Assembly: GCF_001194135.2 (NCBI RefSeq)
Contig: NC_068994.1
Coordinates: 41,450,049 to 41,514,048 of the forward strand
DNA: 64,000 bases
Direction: 5' to 3'
DNA from: Octopus bimaculoides
Taxonomy: Eukaryota
Shown: positions 12,576 to 24,901 of the stretch, piece by piece
Numbering within the stretch: position 1 is the first letter of the stretch
How the letters are laid out: every line of letters begins with the position of its first letter
Notes under the pieces: generated by a model
The model's database searches: none
Told to the model about the DNA's origin: nothing
The model's input: only the letters and a program-made list of their open reading frames with translations
Translations under genes and position numbers: made by a program

Positions 12576-15204
12576 GTGTGTGTGTGTTTGTCTCCTTGTT
12601 TTGACATTGTGTGACAGTTGTAGACAAGCGTCATTGATACACAAACAATGTTATTTGTCTCTCATCTTCCATAAAATCATGTCTGGCCATGAGAAAAATT
12701 ATTTTGCTTGAAAACAGGTGATGGTTGGCGACAGAATGAGCATCTAGCCATAAAAAATATAGCTTGATGAACTGTGTTTCTTCAATGCAAGAATGTAAAA
12801 GGGGTTGTGAAAATGATGATGGTAATTACTTAAGATAAACACGCAATGTATATTGAATTAAAGCATTTAGAGTTAGTTTCATAACATTAAGTATATCAAA
12901 ATAAGAACTGTTCCACATGACTTATTAATATATTAAAGGTATCTTTTCTTCAGGGATTATCTCTTATATGAGCAGGTGTTTTGATACTGTATCTAATTAG
13001 ACATCTGACCTCTGCTTAGGATAAACACCCTATCTGAGGCCCCTGTAACTGTTTTGGAGGGAAAAAAAATAAACATCAATGAAGTACATTGAATAGCTGC
13101 TGTAAGTTGCTGTGGCCTATCTTCTCTTAAACCTACCTGGTCACTCAAACTTATGATTAAAAGGACATTCCATCTGTGGCCACACAAACATTTTATGAAT
13201 ATGAAAGGCTACAGAATCTAAAATGTCTTGTCCTTATTTAAGATGGTTGGGTACAATTTGAGGTCAATGTAAATGTTTTGCTAGCCATTCATGTGACTAA
13301 GCAGAGGTTCCTTTGTCATTTTATATACCGTAGGTTAACCTTTATGGCAAACTGGCATACAGCCTTCTCTAAGTATGGATGATTGACACTCCTTAACAAA
13401 GACATTATCAAACACATGCTCAATGCCTAATGCATTAAACAGAGCAATGAGTGGTAAAGAAATGAAAAAGAAATTCTGAGAGTGATAATCAAGTATGAGA
13501 AATAAACATTTGTTTGAAATGTAACATCCATTTAGTTGTCAGACATTTCATTGTTGTTCTATGACGACTACACGTGAATAAAAGATATTGACAGCTATTG
13601 ATTTATCCAGCTCTATTATATGGAATATTATATAATTTTGGAAATGAATATGTATATTTTTATTTGATATTATTTTTCCATTAACGACTCCAATACTCGA
13701 GTAGTACTTTATTCTATCGACATCAGATGAATGAAAGGTGAGGTTAACTTCTACAGGATTTGAACTTAAAATATAAACATTTGGAACAAATACTGCAAAG
13801 AACATTGTCTGACACTTATATGTTTCTGCCATCCACTGACCTTAGTCTATAAATATAATAATGGTTGGTCTGTCCACATTAATCTGTAAGGAGAATAGGG
13901 CTGGTTTCCCAGTTTTTCTGGTGTATATATTCCTCCTAGGAATATATACACCAGTCCATTGCAGGGTTACTTATTTTTGCCAGCTGAGTGAACTGGAGCA
14001 ACATGAAATGAAGTGCTTTTCTCAAGAACACAAGGGATTGCCTGGTCCAGGAATCATGAGTCCAACAACCTCGCCATTAATACATGCACCTTCACATAAA
14101 TATAATATTGTGTGTTTGTTTGTCCCTACCGCCGCTTGACAAATGGTGTTGGTTAATTTACACCCACCTAATTTAGTGACTAAAATGTAACCAAAACAAT
14201 AAGTACCAAACTAAAAATTAAGTACTGAGGTTGATTTGTTTGACTAAACTTTTCAAGGCACTGCCATAACATGGTCACAGTCAAATGACTGAAACAAGTA
14301 AAGAATGAATGATATCCAGTAGCAAATTGTTACAAAACTGGGAAAATACTGAGAAGCTCTGATGAAAATCTGCTGGGGTTGGCAGTATTTAGAAATCTGT
14401 TGTTTTGCAGTCATAATTAATAGCATCCCTTTAATGAATGCATAAAGAGCAAACAAAATATATCCCAATAAAAAAAAACAAGAGAATTACTTTACTATAC
14501 AAAAGAAAAAGCCAAATACAAAATAAGCACAAAATAAAACAGTAATATAGAACTAATAATGGAATCAGTCACTGTATTATCCACAATTACTCCAAAAATA
14601 AAGCTTGATAGAACAAGCTTAATGAAAGATCAGTGTAGAATTGTTTCAATTATTAATAAAGAATATATGAAGCGGTGAATTGCCATTTTTACTCTCATAG
14701 ACAATATTAAACGGTCAAGAAGACCGTTTGTTTCATTTATATTTTTAGAGATGTAGAATGTATAGCTGAAACTACCCACATCTTTGTTTCAGTAATGGAC
14801 TTGCAGAGGCAGGCAGATTAAATTGTTTAGTGTTTTGAACTGTGAAATGTGTATATGGACAATTGATTGAATAGCAGCCTAGTAACTAATGGGGTATCAG
14901 CGCCTTTATTAATGCTATCTTGTGTTCCGGCTGAATTTATGCAATTTCCTAAGGCAAAGTTTAGTTAGTAGCAAATATATGCAATCAAGAGGTGAAACTA
15001 ATTACAAGAAGAATGTTTGCTTTTTATTTAAAGTAATAAAAATTTCTATTCAATAATGATTACTTAATTGATAAAATGAATTATTAGTAGGATAACTAAA
15101 CAAGTTTATCTAAAATTTTTAAAATTGCAAAAGCATTGTTCAGTTTTCTTTTGGATTCATTTTTATCTCATTCTTGCTTTGGTTACTTACTGCTACTCAA
15201 CCTT

Positions 15205-15609
15205 TGGCAGCGTGGCTAGGAAGTTTTCTTTGCAACTACATGGTTTCAGGTTCAGTCCCGCTGCGTGGCACCTTAAGGAAGTGGCTTCAGCCATAGCCCT
15301 GGGTAGACCAATGCCTTGTGAGTGAATTTAGTAAATGAAAACTGTGTGGAAGCCTGGTATACATGTGAATGCATGTATGCATGTGTTTTTTTGTGCTTGT
15401 GCTGTGTTTGTTCCCCAGCTTCTATTTGACAACAAGTGTTGTTTTTTTTACATCCTGTAACTTAGCAGTTCAACAAGAAAGACCTGTAGAATAAGTATCA
15501 GATTTAGACAAAATAAATCAGAAGTACCAGGGTCAGTTTGTTTGGCTAAAATCTTCTGAGGTGGTGCCACAGCATGGCCACAGTGCAATGACTAAAACAA
15601 GTAAAAGAT
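15205..15609 (+). mobile_element. tRNA-derived SINE, family B (internal microsatellite), near full length
   Basis: B-box ggttcagtccc, body ccttgtgagtgaatt, 3' half cagcatggccacag...gactaaaacaagtaaaag. Confidence 0.8.
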
Positions 15610-15876
15610 GAACGACGAAAATACTGTCTCTTATATTGTAATTATTAAATCTAAGACATCGAATTTCATACAAAAGTTATCTTTAATAATAATGTAATTA
15701 TCTCTTAAAGAAATCTTAAACCATATACCACAAAAAAATCTATTATTACAATAAGTAAAACTGAAAATGCTATCTCACAGCTGAAAACATTAAAACACAA
15801 TCTTTCAAAAAACTGAGAATGCTAAAATATAATTTGGTAGCAACCTAGACCACTAAAATACTATCTACTAAGATAC

Positions 15877-16095
15877 TGGTTTCAAATTTTGGCACAAGGC
15901 CAGCAAATTTCGAGGGAGCAAGTAAGTTGATGACATTGACCCCCAATGCTCAACTGGTATTTATTTCATCAGCCCCAATAGGATGAAAAGCAAAACTGAC
16001 CTCAGCAGAATTTGAAACTCAGAGCATAAAGGCAGATGAAATGCTGCTAAGCATTTTGCCCTGCCTGCTAACAATTCTGCCAGCTTGCTGCCTTA
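15877..16095 (-). mobile_element. SINE family A
   Basis: Clear reverse complement of 6656-6865 and 50533-50736. Confidence 0.85.
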
Positions 16096-16562
16096 CTGTC
16101 TGGTCCCAATGTGCACTACTTTTGGCAAGTGTCTTCTACTATTGCTCTGGGCATACCAATCCCTTGCAAGTGAATTTGGTTGAAGGAAATTGTGTATAAA
16201 CCTGTCATATATATATATATATATATATATGAGTATGTGCATGTATGTGTGTGTATGTGTGTGTATGTGCCTGTATGTGCGTATGTGTGTCTGCACATGT
16301 ATGTGTATATGTATGTATGTGCATGTGTGTGTATATCTGTGTATCTTTGTTGTTTGTTATTCCTTCAGCATTGCTGCTTGACAATTGGTGTTAGTTTGTT
16401 GACATTCCCATAATGTAATAGTTCAGTAAGTGACTGATTGAATAACTACCAGACTTTAGAAAAATCAAAAGCACTGGGACCGATTTGTTCAACTAAAACC
16501 CTTTAAGGTGGTGCTCCAGCATGGCTGCAGTTCAATGACTGAAACATGTAAATATATAAAAG
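16096..16562 (+). mobile_element. SINE family B with expanded TA/TG microsatellite
   Basis: ggcaagtgtcttctact 5' half, microsatellite, then 3' half ggtgctccagcatggctgcagttcaatgactgaaac. Confidence 0.75.
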
Positions 16563-18039
16563 ATTGGTGTATATCTACTAAAATAACTTGGTTATCAAGT
16601 GCACATTTGATACAGAATGATTACAGAATGATGACAAATGATCTAGAAATTAAGAAATTAATGAGCTACTGTTGAATAAATCTAACAAAAATTAAGAATT
16701 TTGTAACAAATCCAAAACAGAAGTAACAATGAAATAAATATTTTACAAATAAGAATTGTAGAATAGCTTGGAAAAAATGTCACTTGTTAGATGTGAAGAT
16801 GGAGTAAAATGTCAAACATGACAGTCAAAACATGAAACAAAGAATGACACGAAAGGTGGTGCTTTGCTGTAAATGCTTTTGGCCAATCATTATAGAATAC
16901 AGTGATTGATTTATACAAATGTCACAACTTAAGAAGGAATCAATTGAAATATATTATTTCCTGAAAAACAAAGCCCAAACTGTTTTGAGTGTGAAAGCTA
17001 AATTCCATAAACAAGTCACCTTTTTTCTAATCTTCTTGCATAAATATACATAGCAGGCGACCTCTTTGATGCAAAAGTGATATCTCCTTGATCAACCTGT
17101 TTAATAACCTTGGTTAGGTTTGATTATGCAGAATGAAGGTACAGAGAAAGTTAATCAAGTAATTAAGAACAGCTTGTTGGGTATTTCTCACATATACACT
17201 ATATTACAGTCAGGTTGGTTATTGAGGAATATTGTCTACTAAGGAATGTTGTTTTCAACCGCTCTGTGGATGAGTCAGTAATTTTTTAATGATTTATTTG
17301 TGAAGAGAGCAACACGAGTTTGATTAGTGAATGAAGTTTTAAATTTGTAAGATTTGCTGGAAAATTATAATTAACCAAGAACAAAATTTAGACAGAATGT
17401 TCCTATCAATGTTGCAGTATTTTTGTCCTGCTTAAGTTTTGTTTGCTATTTTTTCTTCTATAAGGTGAGAGATACTGAATTTTAAAATGGTTGTAATATC
17501 ATCCAAGATTACTCCTGACATGGTTAGGTATTTTTAGAAATTTGAATATACAGTTGCTGAGGCAGCATTCTACAGCAATCATCTAAGCTGGTGATTTTTA
17601 AATGGTGTGCTGCTGCATCACACTGGTTCTCTGTAAGAAATCTTATAAAATTAAGGCTTTGGAAAGTCCTATAATAATACTTGAGCATCTTGAAAAATAT
17701 ACCTTTCATTTTATTTTACACATATATTTCCTTTTATTCTTTTAAGTGTTTCAGCTTTAAAGCTGCAGTCATGTTGGGGCACCACCGTTGTATGATTAAT
17801 AAAATAAAATAATAGGCCTTTTATTTTTCTAAAATTTTAACTTCTATTTTTAAGAAAAATTTTCTATACAAAACATACATGTAAATTTTATTTAATTTCA
17901 TCTCTAGTATACCACAAATTCAAAATAATTAAAAGCCATTTATATAATCTATTTGCATATTGAAACATGCAGTGTAGCGACCTGACCACCTGTGAAAATA
18001 TGGCAAAATGAATGTTATGATGAGTGGGACACTTAATGA

Positions 18040-18073
<34 letters not shown>

Positions 18074-18911
18074 GTATATATATATATATACAGCTTAATC
18101 TCTCAAGCATTTTGTAGTTTCTAAGTCCTGCTCAGCTGTCCTTCTTACCTATCTAATACTTTTTCATGTGTCATTTGCCTCTTCTGCTCACTACAACATG
18201 TGTGTAGCTTATTGTGTATGTGTGTGTGTGTATACATATATATGTATATATACACTCATACACATTCATATATAGAATATAAAGAAAGTCAGGAGATATG
18301 ATATGAATATATTTATTTCACTAGTTGATATCTAAACGATTACAATCATATCATAGCCAACATCATGGAAAAATGATTTATCTTAGTATATAACAAATTA
18401 TTTTGCATGTCTTCAATAGTGTATACGTTATAAATTATATAGTATTATTGTATATTTTACAAGCTAATACAGAATGAATATAACCATGATATTCTATGAA
18501 TTTGATGAACTAGCCTTTTATACCGGTGTTAGTTCATAAAATGTACAGTAATACTATGTAATTCATAACATATACACTATTGCAGACATGTAAAATAATT
18601 TGTTATACACTAAAATAAATTATTTTTCCATGATATCAGCTGTGATATGAATATAATCATATGGACATCTACTGGTGAAATAAATATATTCATCGCATAT
18701 CCTCTGACTTTCTTTATATTCTATCTACTCCTAATGAAATAATTATTACTAATTAGATTTACAGGATTTCAACTGCATAGGACTATACATTATACCCCTG
18801 TGACTTGGTTTACTATGTGGTTGGCAGCCTGGTTCACTAAAGGAGCTTTTTTGTTAGTACCACCAGATAAAATAAATCCATATATTGTGCATTAAATAAA
18901 TCCATATATTG

Positions 18912-18944
<33 letters not shown>

Positions 18945-18948
<4 letters not shown>

Positions 18949-19702
18949 AAAATAAAAAATAATAATAATAAGGCAGAATGCTAAACTGAAAGCATAGTTT
19001 AATATAGATGTGCATAAGGAGGACTAAAAAGGATTTCTAACCGGCTTTCATTGCATGGCAAATTTTCAAGAAGAGGGGAAATGAAAATAATGTTTTTTAC
19101 AAAAATATAAAAAATATATAAAAAAATGAATATACCAATGCATTATATTGTCTTTGAGTTTTTAAAGTTCAATGGTAATCCATGTAGATAATTGTTAGAT
19201 AGATTAGGATGCATGGAATTAAGAATCATGTTGTGTTTAAAAAAGGCTGAGAGTTTATGTGTTAAACAGGAAGTGTGGTGTCAAGACAGGAAGTGTGTGT
19301 AAGGGAAGACAATTCTGTGGGTTTTTATTCTTTAGTTTTAGTAAAGAGTAAAAACCCACAAAATTGTCTTCCCTTACACACACTTCCTGTTTAACACATA
19401 AACTCTCAGCCTTTTTAAAACACAACACCATTCTTAATTCCATGCATCCTAATCTATCTAACAATTATCTACATGGATTACCATTGAACTTTAAAAACTC
19501 AAAGACAATATAATGTATTGGTATATTTATTTTTTTATATATTTTTGTAAAAAACATTATTTTCATTTCCCCTCTTCTTGAAAATTTTCCATGCAATGAA
19601 AGCTGGTTAAAAATCCTTTTTAATTCACCTTATGCACATCTATATTAAAATATGCTTTCAGTTTAGCATTCTGCCTTATTATTATTATCTTCTATTTTCC
19701 TA
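18945..19702. repeat. 758-bp foldback inverted repeat (MITE/foldback-like, TA-flanked)
   Basis: Arms are 18945-19334 and 19342-19702 with a 7-nt loop (gttttag). By hand alignment there are about 16 mismatches plus 20-bp and 9-bp extra segments in the left arm. It abuts a (TA)n tract and has TA at both ends. Confidence 0.95.
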
Positions 19703-20734
19703 TTATTTCTCCACGTGCGGTTAACGCAACTCCACCATATATGCATGTATGTGTGCACATATATAATGAAAAAAGGGAAAACACACACTTACCTTCAATT
19801 GGCCGGGGAACAGTTATTGAATGCCGCGTGGTTTCTAAATTGATGTAGGTTTGATAGGTTTGGTTATTGTATTCAAAAGTTCGATAGTATGGCAATAACA
19901 AGTAAAGATCTGCTATTATTCTTTACAAATATATTGAGTGTGTTGGTGCCTTACAGTGCATTAGTTTTAGATATCAGACTAAGCTCAAGAACCCTCTTCT
20001 GTTTCATCTTTTACAATCAGATTTTTTTTTTTAATATATAATTTCAACAAATGCCTTCAAAGGTCTGATATGTATATAATTACAGAATATGTATGTGCTC
20101 TTGTTTTTTGGGTTTTTTTTTTCGCTTTTATTTATTCTTTCTTTTTTTTTTGAAGTTTTCGAGATGTACTTCAATTCTTTAGTTTGTTTTTTGTTTTTTT
20201 GTTGTTTTTTTTTTTCTTTCTTTAAGTATTGTAAAGAACTTCATCCATGCTGCCTTCAACTTATGAACTCCGTTAAAATAAAAGACGAAAAAATGTTTGT
20301 GAACATAAACAAGTATTAGTGTTATGTACAAGTTATATCAAAGGCTATATCACTTTTTTTTCAATTTTTTTTTATAGTTATAGGTATTGTATAAAACATT
20401 GTCCTCCATACATTTCAGATTTGATCAGAAAATTACATTTATAAGGCTGGGATAGTACAACATATGTTACAGGGTGAGTGCGTATGATATTTACACTGTA
20501 TTGTTTGAATGGAATGTATTAATGATATAGTTTGGCATACAGACAGAACAATATTATCAATATAGTAACAAAAAAAATGACAAGCTGGAAATATATATAT
20601 TCTCAGCTTGTATCATATCTGGAACAGTATACCAATTATTTTTATCAACAACAATTTCATAGTGTTTGGCTTTATTGGGTGTTCTCTTTTAAACTTGTTT
20701 TAGGTAGACTCTAAAGCAACTGAATATACATCTT

Positions 20735-20805
20735 TCATAAAGGTTTGATAACGGTTATAGGTTGTAGATTAGATCTGGGCTTGTTCACCAATGGAGTGCA
20801 GGAAT
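20735..20805 (-). CDS. Pcdh: Predicted terminal coding exon of the protocadherin
   Basis: Strong acceptor ttctattttcttcttttacttcttcag|. Phase-1 join gives (D)SCTPLVNKPRSNLQPITVIKPL* with TGA at 20737-20735, followed by AT-rich 3'UTR-like sequence containing minus-strand AATAAA at 20676-20671 and around 20136-20127. No transcript evidence is available. Confidence 0.55.
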
Positions 20806-23786
20806 CTGAAGAAGTAAAAGAAGAAAATAGAATGGTAAATAAATGATTTAAAACTAACTTTCTTAAGCAAAAAGATAGGTTTCAGAAAAGTTTTAATGAA
20901 AGTATTCAACACTTTTACAGGAATTATACTTGTGACTCATCATATAGATGTTCTTATTTAATTACTTTCTTAAATGGATTTACTTTTTAATTTCAAAGAT
21001 CTTGAATTTGTTAGAGAATCTCATAATGTTCTAAATATGAAAGTGAAAAAAAAAAAAATCTATAATCACTGTGAATATTTGGCTTCAGGAATTTTAAAGC
21101 TTGTGAGAGACAATTCCATAATTAAGGCAGTTCTATATTGAAGAAAAAATTATGTTTTGCAGTAACTAGCTGGATTTAAAGTTAATGGACAGACAAGATT
21201 GCAACGAAAGCACAGAAATAATATTGAAAGTTAATAATATTGAAAATTGGTAGATTATTTCATTAGCAATGGAATCACAGAGTTTGTAAGAGACTGAAAA
21301 TGAACCAATCAGAGAGTTCGAAGAGAAACTTAATTTTAGAGGGAAATTACAGAAGAATATTTTATTTTAGTTTCATGGTAATGAAGACAGAGAGCAAGAC
21401 AGAAGAAGCAGAGGAGATATAAAACTGATAACCATTCTAAGTGAATCGCAATTTCATTGGAAAATGTTCTGCAACACACTATGGAAACTGAACTATCTGT
21501 AGTGTGAACATAAATTACAGCTCGTGATACTATTCAATGAAGATAAACATAAAATTTATAAATAGGTACAAGGACTCAAATTTTAACAGGGAAAAATAAA
21601 TGATTATACTAGCCCCAATATTTGTCTCACTGGTACCCTATTATTTTGACCCCAGTGGAGTGGGGTGAAAGGTTAAGGTAGCCTTGGAAAGATTTGAACT
21701 GAGGACTTAAGAAAACTAAACTAAGTAGCATAAGGCGTTTTTTCCTGATACCCAGATAAAACTTCTAAATAACAGCAAATAGCAAAATCCTGATAAAAGA
21801 CTGTGGCAGCATGACTGCTACTGTTCTTAGAGCATAGATTGTTGGAACAAGATATGTAGTACATCTTTTACTGTCTGCTGCAAGTGTAATTTGTAGCTGA
21901 AAGCTGATGATGATGACAATGACGACGACAGCACTGATGAATGTACATACCAGAAAATGTAGATGGTAAAGTTGACAGGGCAATTGTTAATCATCTGAGA
22001 GATTAGAAGTTCATGTCCTTCTTATTACAAGCAGCATGCTTTGCCTATGGAACGACATTTTGCTTGCAGTCCCCAAGTGTATCAAGCTTTAAGTAAATAC
22101 TATTTCAACATACTTTAATAGTATGCTCAGAGGCACAGAAGTTAAATATGCTGTTGACTTTGCTATACTGAGTTCCGTTCCTCCTATAGAAAAAAAATTT
22201 CACCTTGGATAGTCTGGCTCCATATTCAGGGAGAAATTAATCTTCAAATCATGGTGAATAACAAAACTGAAGAGTGATTCAGAAAGAATGGAAGAGCCCA
22301 ACAATAGAAAATATTCTTATGTTGATATTCTTTACTCGATTTTAATAATTTTCTGAACACCACCTTTAAGTGTTTTAAGCCTATCATATCAACCCCAGCA
22401 CATTTTATAACTCTATCAAATGGTTAGGTGACCCTTTGATATGAAAGGGTGATTTGATAAATCATTTTACACAAACATAACGTGTGTGCGTGTGTGTGTG
22501 TGTATGTGTAGATATACATACATATAATATCTATATTTATTTTTATCTGTGTATATATATATGCATGTATATGTCTGTACATATGTATGTATATTTGTGT
22601 GTGCATGCACGCATGTGTGTGTGTGTATATATATATATAACTATATGTATATAGTTGTGCACGAGTGTGTGTCATTTATTTAGACTGGTCAAATGCCCTG
22701 CTATTTTGAAGTTTACTCAATGTGTAGTTGATTCTTCAGACAAGATAACTCAAGTCATTTTCACAAAGTAGTATTCAAATTGGGGCCATTTTAGAAGCAC
22801 TATCCACGCTGCTACACAGTAAGATCGAACCTGGAACCATGAGATTGTGAAGCAAACTTCTTAACCACATACACCTATGCTTGTGATTCACGATTGTAGC
22901 TATAACTGAAATAATTAATCCATTTACAGCAGTATCCTGTTGACATTTTTTCTCTGAACAAAATTATGCTTCAGCCTGAATTCAATTTTAAATCTTAATT
23001 CTAATAAGATTAATTTTGCTTTATATTCTACACATTTGATTTGTGCTGATTCTTCTTCTAGATCAAAATCTATTTTAATGGATGCATGTGATCAGAAAGT
23101 GGGAGACAGTTGTTCTCACCAAACCAAATGTACAAGAATCATATTCTTTTTTTATTCTAGGTGTGTATGCACTTTATAAACAAAATACACCATTTCTTTT
23201 TCCTTTAATCCATTTCAGTCTTTAGACTGCAGCCTTGCTGGGGCATCATCTTGAAAGGTTTACATCAGTGATTCTCTACCATTTTTCACCCACAGACCCT
23301 TTGATTCCTATTTTATTCAAATGGACCCTCATAACCATTTGATATTTGAAAAATCCTATTATATTTTTATAATTGATTATAATTAATTATAATCATTTAT
23401 TAAGAATTGTATAAATAATTGTTAAAATATTTTGTGTATTGTAGAAGTATAATCAATTTATTGCCAATAAATTTTAACATCAAAATCCTATATGGACCCT
23501 CAACGATGATGATGATGAGAAGGAAGAGAATGTAGATGATTATGATGATGATGATGACAATGGCGATTATGATGACAATGATGATGATGGCAACAAGGAA
23601 GAAGATGCAGATGATAATGATGACCGTGATCCTGATGATGATTATTATCTTTTTTCTTTTCTGTTTCATAGGTTCAGAGGTTTTCATTAGGTCAGCTGAG
23701 TCAGTTGTCCAGTAATTTAACTTCATGGATACATGGTAACTTTGCAAGCAGGGAAGTTAAAAATATACAGGTATTGAGTGACTCAC

Positions 23787-23937
23787 CTGGAATCTCTTCA
23801 TACTCTCCGGAGTCACCTTCACTCCAACCATGTCCGAAATCAGTATGAGAAGACAGAGTCTCTCTCCTAAGACTTGGAATCATAAGTGTACTATCTTCTA
23901 GTATGCTGTCTGTAGTTGCTATTCGCTGGATACACAT
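23787..23937 (-). CDS. Pcdh: Predicted protocadherin cytoplasmic-tail exon (151 bp, phase 0 to 1)
   Basis: Acceptor ttattattttccttacttccag| and donor CCAG|GTGAGT. The exon is open and in frame with the main exon: MCIQRIATTDSILEDSTLMIPSLRRETLSSHTDFGHGWSEGDSGEYEEIP. DFGHGWSEGDSG loosely resembles the DSG-x-GDS acidic/Ser motif of delta-protocadherin tails. Confidence 0.78.
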
Positions 23938-24067
23938 CTGGAAGTAAGGAAAATAATAAATTGGTGTAGAATAACATGCATGTGAGTGATGGGTAGAGGG
24001 AGTATCAGATAGAAAAGGGTGATGTATGTACATAGGAGTGAAAAGAAAACCATGTGTGTGTGTGTGC

Positions 24068-24123
<56 letters not shown>

Positions 24124-24140
24124 TATATGTATATATGTAC

Positions 24141-24828
24141 NNNNNNNNNNNNNNNNNNNNNNNNNNNNNNNNNNNNNNNNNNNNNNNNNNNNNNNNNNNN
24201 NNNNNNNNNNNNNNNNNNNNNNNNNNNNNNNNNNNNNNNNNNNNNNNNNNNNNNNNNNNNNNNNNNNNNNNNNNNNNNNNNNNNNNNNNNNNNNNNNNNN
24301 NNNNNNNNNNNNNNNNNNNNNNNNNNNNNNNNNNNNNNNNNNNNNNNNNNNNNNNNNNNNNNNNNNNNNNNNNNNNNNNNNNNNNNNNNNNNNNNNNNNN
24401 NNNNNNNNNNNNNNNNNNNNNNNNNNNNNNNNNNNNNNNNNNNNNNNNNNNNNNNNNNNNNNNNNNNNNNNNNNNNNNNNNNNNNNNNNNNNNNNNNNNN
24501 NNNNNNNNNNNNNNNNNNNNNNNNNNNNNNNNNNNNNNNNNNNNNNNNNNNNNNNNNNNNNNNNNNNNNNNNNNNNNNNNNNNNNNNNNNNNNNNNNNNN
24601 NNNNNNNNNNNNNNNNNNNNNNNNNNNNNNNNNNNNNNNNNNNNNNNNNNNNNNNNNNNNNNNNNNNNNNNNNNNNNNNNNNNNNNNNNNNNNNNNNNNN
24701 NNNNNNNNNNNNNNNNNNNNNNNNNNNNNNNNNNNNNNNNNNNNNNNNNNNNNNNNNNNNNNNNNNNNNNNNNNNNNNNNNNNNNNNNNNNNNNNNNNNN
24801 NNNNNNNNNNNNNNNNNNNNNNNNNNNC
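24141..24828. other. Assembly gap (688 N) with duplicated flanks
   Basis: 24051-24140 is repeated essentially identically at 24829-24918. Confidence 0.97.
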
Positions 24829-24845
24829 CATGTGTGTGTGTGTGC

Positions 24846-24901
<56 letters not shown>

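Noticed and set aside
12993-13187. Apparent 88-nt minus-strand intron (GTAGGT...ccctccaaaacag) with flanking mini-exons
   Set aside because: The joined frames hit stops quickly and there is no homology or link to a gene.
19793-19909. 117-bp in-frame phase 1-1 cassette coding exon (DLYLLLPYYRTFEY...PRPIE)
   Set aside because: The donor is strong but the acceptor (aataatagcag) has no pyrimidine tract, and it lies downstream of the better terminal exon at 20805.
21290-21530. Open phase-1 frame as an alternative terminal exon (DSSVSIVCCRTF...)
   Set aside because: Weak acceptors, and the peptide is dominated by translated CT-rich sequence.
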